A stretch of DNA of 64,000 nucleotides from Spirochaetia bacterium (GTDB taxonomy: Bacteria > Spirochaetota > Spirochaetia > SZUA-6 > Bin103): assembly GCA_965199955.1 (NCBI GenBank), contig CBDATQ010000001.1, positions 896,001 to 960,000 on the forward strand, in the 5' to 3' direction. The notes under the pieces were generated by a model that had not been told where the DNA came from, ran no database searches, and saw only the letters and a program-made list of their open reading frames with translations. The position numbers and the translations under genes are program-made. The number at the start of each line of letters is the position of its first letter. Positions within the stretch are counted from its first letter, which is position 1. This document shows, piece by piece, positions 57,353-64,000 of this stretch.

Positions 57353-57991
57353 ATGGCCAAGAGGACCCTGCGCCCGGTAACGATCGAGGGGCGGACCATA
57401 GCCCACAGCTTCTGGGGCAAGCGCTGGTGCGCGCACCTGGAGTCGTTCTCGGACTACGCCAACCGGTTGCCACGCGGCCGCACCTACGCGCGCAGCGGCG
57501 CCATCCAGCACCTGCAGATCCATGCAGGGCGCCTCGAGGCGGCGGTCAAGGGATCACGGGCCAAGCCGTATGAGGTCGACATCCACGTGAAGCGGCTCCC
57601 GGCCGCCACCTGGAAGGCGATCCGGGAGGCATGCGCGGGGCAGATCGGCTCGATGCTGGAGCTGCTTCGAGGATCGCTGTCCGACCATGTGATGGCGGTG
57701 GTCTCCGATCCGGAGCGAGGCCTGTTCCCGAAGCCGCGGCAGATCGAGCTGGCGTGCAGTTGCCCCGATTGGGCGATCATGTGCAAGCACATCGCGGCGG
57801 TGCTGTACGGCGTGGGGCATCGGCTCGACGACAGCCCGGAGCTGCTGTTCCGCTTGCGCGGGGTGGATCCCGCGGAACTGATCAGCGCCGAGACGGTGCT
57901 GCCGGACGGCGCGGCAACCGGCGCCGACACCTTGGCCGAGGACCAGCTCGGCGACATCTTCGGCATCGACCTTGACGCCGATGGTCAGTAG
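57353..57991 (+). CDS. SWIM zinc-finger protein, SNF2 partner
   Basis: FWGKRW, NRLPRGRTYAR, CSCPDWAIMCKH. Confidence 0.9.
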   Translation: MAKRTLRPVTIEGRTIAHSFWGKRWCAHLESFSDYANRLPRGRTYARSGAIQHLQIHAGRLEAAVKGSRAKPYEVDIHVKRLPAATWKAIREACAGQIGSMLELLRGSLSDHVMAVVSDPERGLFPKPRQIELACSCPDWAIMCKHIAAVLYGVGHRLDDSPELLFRLRGVDPAELISAETVLPDGAATGADTLAEDQLGDIFGIDLDADGQ

Positions 57992-58076
57992 TCGACGCCG
58001 ATCTTCACGAGCGTCTCCGGCGCATCCGCTCTCGGCATGATGCAACCTTGGGTGCGATGACACGGCGAGGGGAACG

Positions 58077-59264
58077 CTGAAGACGGAACTGTCCAGTCGG
58101 GAAGCACGGCGCATCGCGCTGGCGGCGCAGGGGTTCGCCGACCGGGCGCCGGCCGGCCGCGTCGATAGCCGCCACTTCGATCGGCTGTTCGACCGGGTCA
58201 ATGTCGTGCAGCTCGACTCGGTCAACGTGGCAGTGCGCACCCACTACATGCCGGCGTTCTCGCGGCTCGGCTCCTACCCGCGCGAGCGGTTCGACGCCTA
58301 CGCCTATCGACGTCGGCGGCTGTTCGAAGCGCGGGGGCACGTCGCGTCGCTGCTGCCGGTCGAGCATTACCCGCTGCTGCGCCACCGCATGGAGGAGGCG
58401 CACTCCCGCTCGGTCCGCTCCTTCGGCCGGGAGCGCCGCGCCTACGTGGAGTCGATCCGCCGGGAGGTGGCCGAGCGCGGACCGCTCGCGGTATCGGACC
58501 TGCGCGACCAGGGCAGCGGTGGCAGCGGGCCGTGGTGGGGGAGGAGCGACGGCAAGCTCGCACTGGAGTGGCTGTTCGCCACCGGCTGGCTGGCGACCTC
58601 CCGGCGCGGCAACTTCACGCGTGTCTACGACCTGTCCGAGCGGGTGATCCCGCCCGAGGTGCTGGCCGCGCCGGCGCCAGCGACGAGGGACGCGCAGCGA
58701 GAGCTGCTGCGGCTTGCCGCCCGCGCGCACGGCATCGGTGACGCGGGCGACCTGGCCGACTACTACCGCATCCGCGTGCCGCAGGCGCGGCCGCTCCTGC
58801 GGGAGCTGGTGGAGGAAGGCGAGGTGCTGGAGGCGAGCGTGGAAGGCTGGAGCCGGCCCGCCTACGTGCACCGCGACGCCCGCATGCCCCGGCGGATCGG
58901 TGCCAGTGCGCTGCTCAGCCCGTTCGACTCGCTGATCTGGCGCCGGGAGCGCACCGAGCGCCTGTTCGGCTTCCGTTACCGCATCGAGATCTACGTCCCC
59001 GAGCCGGAGCGGCAGTACGGCTACTACGTCTTCCCGTTCCTGACCGGCGACACGCTGGCGGCGCGCGTGGACCTCAAGGCGGACCGGGCGCGCGGAGCCC
59101 TGCTGGTGCGCGGCGCGTACCTGGAGGATGGCTGCGACGCCGGCGCCGTCACCGGCGAGCTGGCCGCCCACTTGGCGTCGATGGCGTCCTGGCTGGAGCT
59201 GGACGAGGTGATGGTCGGCAGGCGCGGCAACCTGGCGACGCCACTGCGCCATACCATCGGATAG
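58077..59264 (+). CDS. YcaQ/AlkZ (HTH_42) crosslink-repair DNA glycosylase
   Basis: LSSREARRIALAAQG, QLD motif, LLSPFDSLIW, YRIEIYVP, YGYYV; only a CTG start fits the conserved N-terminus. Confidence 0.88.
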   Translation: MKTELSSREARRIALAAQGFADRAPAGRVDSRHFDRLFDRVNVVQLDSVNVAVRTHYMPAFSRLGSYPRERFDAYAYRRRRLFEARGHVASLLPVEHYPLLRHRMEEAHSRSVRSFGRERRAYVESIRREVAERGPLAVSDLRDQGSGGSGPWWGRSDGKLALEWLFATGWLATSRRGNFTRVYDLSERVIPPEVLAAPAPATRDAQRELLRLAARAHGIGDAGDLADYYRIRVPQARPLLRELVEEGEVLEASVEGWSRPAYVHRDARMPRRIGASALLSPFDSLIWRRERTERLFGFRYRIEIYVPEPERQYGYYVFPFLTGDTLAARVDLKADRARGALLVRGAYLEDGCDAGAVTGELAAHLASMASWLELDEVMVGRRGNLATPLRHTIG

Positions 59265-59279
59265 GGCTTCGGCCGGCTG

Positions 59280-61133
59280 CTACGAGGGGTCGCCGAAGTA
59301 GGCCAGGGCCTGCTCGAAGGCGGCGATGCCGATCCTGGAGCCGATGATGCGGCCCGGCAGGTCGTCCACCCAGGGGTGGATGCCGCCGTAGAGGCGGGAG
59401 ATGCCGGCCTCGTCGGAGGCGTCGTAGTAGGTCGCCCACTGCAGGGTGAGCGTCTCGGTCGGCCCGGACTCGAACACCAGGAAGTTGTGCCGTGGCGCCA
59501 CGAACTCGCCCAGGCCGCCGGGGAAGTACTCGCTGCCGGTGAACAGCGCCATCACCTCGGCGGCGGCGCGGCTGAAGGTGCTGTGGCCGGAGACGTAGCC
59601 GGCGAACGGCGGCGTGACGAAGGTGTCCCGCTGATAGGGGACCCAGTCGGCGGCCAGGACCCAGCCCACGCCGCTGTACTGGGTTTCCGGGTCCTCGGGA
59701 ATGCCCAGCCAGCCGTAGATCGCGACCTTGTCGACGTGCTCGGCAAGGTGGGCGTGGCGCTCGCCGGCGGCGGCCGACTCCCCGGTGACCACCTCGACCA
59801 GCCCCGGGTGCAGCGGCAGGCCCTGTTCATGGTAGGAGGGCAGGTCCGGGTCGGAGGACTGGCCCAGCCCCGCCATGTAGCGGATCGCCGTGATCGGCCG
59901 CACGTAGTCGTAGTGGCCCTTCAAGCCCCAGGCGCAGATCGCCGCGTCGTGCGTGGCGCCGTTCAGGGCCAGGTACAGCTTGAGGTCCCACTCCAGCGGG
60001 CCGAGCTCCCGGCCCTCGCCGCCCAGCCGGCGCTCCAGCAGCGGGTGGTCGGTGACGTAGTTGGCCAGCGTGTTCCAGTGCCCGGGCGGCGTCTCCGAAT
60101 CGGGGCCGTCGGCCCAGAACTCGGCGATGACCCGCGCCCAGTCGCCGCGCTTGACGACGTTGGGGGCGTACGGCTCGCCGGTGACCGGGTTCACGGGATG
60201 GCCGCGGCCGTCGTTGGTGCCCAGGCTGTTGTTGCCGAACGCGCCGGGCGAGATGTCCATCAGCACGCCGTCGTCCGGGGTGAGGGTGGCGCTGTAGTGC
60301 GCGACCTGGGCGAAGGCCATTTGGTACTCCAGGCTGCCGTCGCCTCCCAGGTAGGGCGGCGGGCCCGGGTCGAGGTAGACGCCCTCGTCGGCCATGCCTT
60401 CATCGGCCAGCGAGAACGGGGTGACCGCGCCCCAGTGGGAGCCGATGAAGCGCTGCACGCCGCCCGCCTGCTGGCGGCCGGCCTGGTCGATGAACATGCG
60501 CAGCGCCAGCGGCTGCCAGCGGTTGGGGTCGTGCACGACGCCGGATCCGGAGTTCGCCACCACCATCGGCCGGTTGGCGGGGCGGTACTCCCACTCGAAG
60601 GCGTAGGAGCCCAGCTCGTCGGCGCCGTCGTCGTAGCCCAGGTCGACGATGTGGTTGCCGATGCGGTTGCCGAGCGCCGCCGGGCTCGGCCCTTCCCGGC
60701 CGCTGTAGTCGGGGTCGTAGCCGAGCTCCTTCATCAGGTTGTCGAAGCTGGTCAGCGACTCGTAGGCGCCGGGGGAGTCGCGGTAGCGGTTGTACAGCAC
60801 GCGGTAGGCGGCGTAGCTGATCGCCTCGTGGCGGGCGGCGGCGACGTCTTCGGCCGCGGCGCGCTCGTCGACCGACGCTCGTTCGTCGGTCAGGACCTGC
60901 CGGGCCGTGTCGTCGTAGGCGGCCCAGGCGTCCCACATGGCGACCGTGACGTGGTAGAGGTTGCGGGCGTGCACGGGCGGCCGGGCGAAGTCGTTGCGGA
61001 TCGCGTGCAGCGTCACCTCGTTCCAGCGGCGCGCCACGGAGTGCTCGGGCGCGGCGGTCACGGCAGCGGCCGTCAGGACGAGGCCGGCGAAGATGGCAAG
61101 GATCCGGCCACATCGGCGCAGGCGAGCGAACAT
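59280..61133 (-). CDS. secreted vanadium-dependent haloperoxidase (PAP2 superfamily)
   Basis: Signal peptide; KGHYDYVRP (K-x6-RP), TPPFAGYVSGHS, SRLYGGIH. Confidence 0.85.
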   Translation of the reverse strand: MFARLRRCGRILAIFAGLVLTAAAVTAAPEHSVARRWNEVTLHAIRNDFARPPVHARNLYHVTVAMWDAWAAYDDTARQVLTDERASVDERAAAEDVAAARHEAISYAAYRVLYNRYRDSPGAYESLTSFDNLMKELGYDPDYSGREGPSPAALGNRIGNHIVDLGYDDGADELGSYAFEWEYRPANRPMVVANSGSGVVHDPNRWQPLALRMFIDQAGRQQAGGVQRFIGSHWGAVTPFSLADEGMADEGVYLDPGPPPYLGGDGSLEYQMAFAQVAHYSATLTPDDGVLMDISPGAFGNNSLGTNDGRGHPVNPVTGEPYAPNVVKRGDWARVIAEFWADGPDSETPPGHWNTLANYVTDHPLLERRLGGEGRELGPLEWDLKLYLALNGATHDAAICAWGLKGHYDYVRPITAIRYMAGLGQSSDPDLPSYHEQGLPLHPGLVEVVTGESAAAGERHAHLAEHVDKVAIYGWLGIPEDPETQYSGVGWVLAADWVPYQRDTFVTPPFAGYVSGHSTFSRAAAEVMALFTGSEYFPGGLGEFVAPRHNFLVFESGPTETLTLQWATYYDASDEAGISRLYGGIHPWVDDLPGRIIGSRIGIAAFEQALAYFGDPS

Positions 61134-61216
61134 GGCTGAACGGATTATAGGGCCGAGGGTGTCAGGCGGCTACCGGATCGCTGCCGCGGTTCGGCGGCCT
61201 CGGCCCCTCGATGAAG

Positions 61217-61247
61217 GCGGGGCTGGCTGCGATGCGGCCAGCCCCGC
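61217..61247 (-). terminator. GC-rich hairpin downstream of SBP gene
   Basis: GCGGGGCTGGC...GCCAGCCCCGC; weak U-tract. Confidence 0.45.
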
Positions 61248-61283
61248 GTCAAGGCGTTTCGATCGGTCGGGTCGACCCGAAGA

Positions 61284-62879
61284 TCACTTGCCGGAGAAGC
61301 GGTCGTAGGCGGTCTGGTAGATCGCCATCGCCTGCGGCAGGCCGAGGCGGTCGAGCTGCTTCAGGTAGTCGTCCCACTCGGCGTCGGCGGTGCCTTCCAC
61401 GACCCAGCGGGCGATCGTGGACTTCACGTAGTCGCCGATCTCCGTCTCCTGGATCGACAGTTCCTCCTGCTCGTCGTCGGTGAAGGTGATGTAGGCGTAG
61501 TGCCGGTCCTGCGGCCACAGGTAGGGAGCGAACACGTTGTTGACGTAGTCGTCGCGCGCGCCCTGCTCGCCGGTCCAGCGCACATTGTCCGACGCCCGCT
61601 TGGAGATGTAGGACGGGAAGTGGTTGTGCGGGCCGTGCATGTACCACTCGGTGCCGCGCCCCACCACCGTGCGGGAGCCGTCGGCGCTCTGCTCGATCAT
61701 CGGACCGCCGTAGGAAGCCTGAATGCTGAAGTCATCGTCCGCCCAGGCGTCGATGAACCGCACCATCACCTCCGGCAACTCGAACTTGGAGAAGATCGTC
61801 ATCGCGTTCTTCTGCAGGCGCACCGGCTGCGAGCGGAAGCGCCGCGTTCCGTCGGGGCCTGCCACCGGAGGCAGCGGGTCGTACCACTCCTCCACCGGAG
61901 ACACGATGAAGTAGGAGCCCCACATGCCCGTGATCGGCGGCACCGAGCGCGACTTCGCCAGGTAGTCGTCCCACGCGTCGGTGAACACCTCTTCCGGAAT
62001 CAGGTCCTCGTCGAACAGACGGTGCATGTAGTTGACCACGTCCTTGAGCTTGGGATCGGCGGCGCCGAACTCCACCACCCCGTCGTTCACGGACAGGTAG
62101 CGCTGCGCGCCGGAGCCCTGGCCCTTCATCCACAGGCCGAAGGCGTTGTAGATCTCGAACTCGCCGCCCACCCACGAGTGGAAGCGGAAGTACCAGGGGA
62201 TGCCGTCCTTGGGCAGCGTGCCCGAGTCGATGCCGGTGCGGAACGCCTTCAGCGTCTCGTACAGCTCCTCCGTGGTCTGCGGCATCTCCAACCCCATCGT
62301 GTTCAGCCAGTCGACGTTGATCGCCTGGATGTCGCGGATGCCGAAGTCGTTGAGGATCTCGCGGTAGTACGGGAGGCTGTAGAACTTGCCGTCCGGCATG
62401 GTGATGGCGTTGCGGATCACCGGCCGTTCCTCGAAGCCCTTCTGCCAGTTGGGCGCGTACTGCTCGATCAGGTCGTTCAGCGGCCACACGTCGCCGGCCT
62501 GGGCGGCGTCCCACAGCAGCCGGTCCTGCACCCCGGCGACGAAGATCACGTCGGGGAACTCGCGGCTGGCGAACAGCAGGTTGGTCTTCTCCCGAACCTG
62601 TGCTGCCGGCACCTCCTCGAAGACGATGTCGACGTTGGTGCGCTCCTGCATCTCGACCAGCAGGGTCTGCTCGTCGAACGCCGAGGTCACGTGGCCGGGC
62701 CGCTGGATCAGCGCGTTCACGGTCACCGTCTGGTCGACGATCGGGTAGCCGCCCTCGTTGAAGCCGACGGCGGCCAGCCGCCCTTCCGCGGAAGCGGTCT
62801 CTTCGCTGCCTTCGGCCCACGCGGCCCCGGCAACGATCACGGTGGCTGCCGCCACGGCAGCCCAGCGTTTGTTCAACAT
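61284..62879 (-). CDS. carbohydrate ABC transporter extracellular solute-binding protein
   Basis: Signal peptide, GYPIVD, LLFAS..FPD, DGKFYSLP, INVDWL..GLEMPQTTEEL, AYDR; SD AAGGAG. Confidence 0.92.
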   Translation of the reverse strand: MLNKRWAAVAAATVIVAGAAWAEGSEETASAEGRLAAVGFNEGGYPIVDQTVTVNALIQRPGHVTSAFDEQTLLVEMQERTNVDIVFEEVPAAQVREKTNLLFASREFPDVIFVAGVQDRLLWDAAQAGDVWPLNDLIEQYAPNWQKGFEERPVIRNAITMPDGKFYSLPYYREILNDFGIRDIQAINVDWLNTMGLEMPQTTEELYETLKAFRTGIDSGTLPKDGIPWYFRFHSWVGGEFEIYNAFGLWMKGQGSGAQRYLSVNDGVVEFGAADPKLKDVVNYMHRLFDEDLIPEEVFTDAWDDYLAKSRSVPPITGMWGSYFIVSPVEEWYDPLPPVAGPDGTRRFRSQPVRLQKNAMTIFSKFELPEVMVRFIDAWADDDFSIQASYGGPMIEQSADGSRTVVGRGTEWYMHGPHNHFPSYISKRASDNVRWTGEQGARDDYVNNVFAPYLWPQDRHYAYITFTDDEQEELSIQETEIGDYVKSTIARWVVEGTADAEWDDYLKQLDRLGLPQAMAIYQTAYDRFSGK

Positions 62880-62958
62880 GAACAACTCCTTGGGAAATGG
62901 TTTCTCTTCGCCGGCGCATGCCGGCGTGCACTGTGTTTCCTCACGTTCCCGTCCCCCG

Positions 62959-63864
62959 TCAGCCCTTGATCGCTCCGATCATCACGCCGCGCACGTAGTG
63001 CTTTTGCACGAAGGGATAGAGCAACAGGACCGGCACGCTGGCGACGATGATCATCCCGTACTTGATCGACTCGGCCAGCATCATCGCCGCCATCGCGTTC
63101 TCGTCGTCGATCTCCAGCTCTTCGGTGAACGTATTCTGGATCAATATGTCACGCAGGATCAACTGCAACGGGAAGCGCTCGCGCTCGCGCAGGTAGATCA
63201 GTCCATGGAAGAACCCGTTCCAGTGGCCGACCGCGTAGAACACCATCAGCACGGCGACGATCGCCCCCGACAGCGGCAGCACCACGGAGCGGAAGAAGCG
63301 CAGGTCGGTGCAGCCGTCGATCACGGCGGCGTCCAGCAGTTCCTGCGGAATGGTGTTCATGAAGAAGGTGCGGGCGATGATGATATTGAACACCGAGACC
63401 GTCAGGTGCAGGGCGCTGCCGCCGGCCGGCAGGATCATGATCCAGAACGAGTTGTAGAGCCCGAGGTTGCGGATCAGGAGGAAGGTCGGGATCAGGCCGC
63501 CGGAGAAGAACATGGTGAAGGTGAGGTAGATCATGAACGCGTTGCGGCCCCATAGGTCGCGGCGCGACAGGGCGTAGGCGGCGGTCAGCGTCAGGCTCAG
63601 GTTGAGGGCCGTCCCGACGGTCGCGTAGACCAGGCTGTTGCGGTAACCGCGCAGCAGGTCCTCGTGCTGGACGATGCGCGCGTAGCCGTCCAGGGTGATG
63701 CCGCGCGGGAACAGCCAGACCTCGCCCCGGTTGACCATGAACGGATCGCTGATGGAGGCGACGACGACGAAGAACAACGGGTAGGCGACCGCCAGTAGCA
63801 CCAGTGACAGCAAGGCGTAGACGGCGCCGTTGAGGATGCGGTCCTGGCGCCCCAGTGCGATCAT
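62959..63864 (-). CDS. carbohydrate ABC transporter permease
   Basis: FFSGGLIPTF, ELLDAAVIDG (EAA loop), YPFVQKHYVRGVMIGAIKG. Confidence 0.94.
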   Translation of the reverse strand: MIALGRQDRILNGAVYALLSLVLLAVAYPLFFVVVASISDPFMVNRGEVWLFPRGITLDGYARIVQHEDLLRGYRNSLVYATVGTALNLSLTLTAAYALSRRDLWGRNAFMIYLTFTMFFSGGLIPTFLLIRNLGLYNSFWIMILPAGGSALHLTVSVFNIIIARTFFMNTIPQELLDAAVIDGCTDLRFFRSVVLPLSGAIVAVLMVFYAVGHWNGFFHGLIYLRERERFPLQLILRDILIQNTFTEELEIDDENAMAAMMLAESIKYGMIIVASVPVLLLYPFVQKHYVRGVMIGAIKG

Positions 63865-63880
63865 CCGCTTCCGCCCCGGC

Positions 63881-64000
63881 CTACCAGAGCCCCGATTGGC
63901 CCAGGAGCCTGGCCACACGGTTGACGGAGATCAGCAACACGAAGTTGATCACCGTTCTGAACAGGTCCACCGCGGCGGAGAAGCTGTAGCGCGCGTCGAG
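63881..64000 (-). CDS. 3' end of ABC transporter permease (partial)
   Basis: YSFSAAVDLFRTVINFVLLISVNRVARLLGQSGLW*. Confidence 0.85.
   Translation of the reverse strand, partial: LDARYSFSAAVDLFRTVINFVLLISVNRVARLLGQSGLW

Noticed and set aside
54650..57991. SNF2+SWIM pair as a novel defence system
   Set aside because: A widespread known gene pair, lying outside the R-M island with host-like composition.

Overview
High-GC bacterial chromosome segment. Classical mevalonate genes, an 'AEG..E'-type solute-binding protein, Sel1 repeats and a secreted vanadium haloperoxidase suggest a host- or sponge-associated Spirochaetota-like lineage (inference only). 1-34 kb is mostly housekeeping: mevalonate operon end (mvaA-mvaD-PMK-MK), a coupled antiporter / PTS-EIIA-PII fusion / E2 / cysM / mec / Ubl-E1-rhodanese run, leuCD-ilvD, a PyrR-regulated pyr operon (no pyrE), DEAD helicase, folD-fchA, ilvBN and polA. 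34-39 kb holds a Sel1 protein and an aroC operon. 39-52 kb is a decaying defence island: Schlafen/AlbA_2 protein, hsdM, HEPN toxin, an MNT-HsdS fusion split by an IS256 element (8-bp TSD) with a nested IS66 relic, an AbiJ-like/HEPN gene in frame with the HsdS tail, DUF4365/DUF4276 remnants and hsdR. 52-64 kb holds an enolase-superfamily enzyme, an epimerase, SNF2+SWIM, YcaQ/AlkZ, a haloperoxidase and a sugar ABC transporter. Standouts: a 13-codon uORF linking the PyrR-binding stem to pyrR, the HEPN/MNT-laced type I R-M locus, a cleavable Ubl-E1-rhodanese polyprotein, several apparently leaderless promoters, and about ten internally deleted gene relics. All family calls come from motif recognition by eye; no searches were run.
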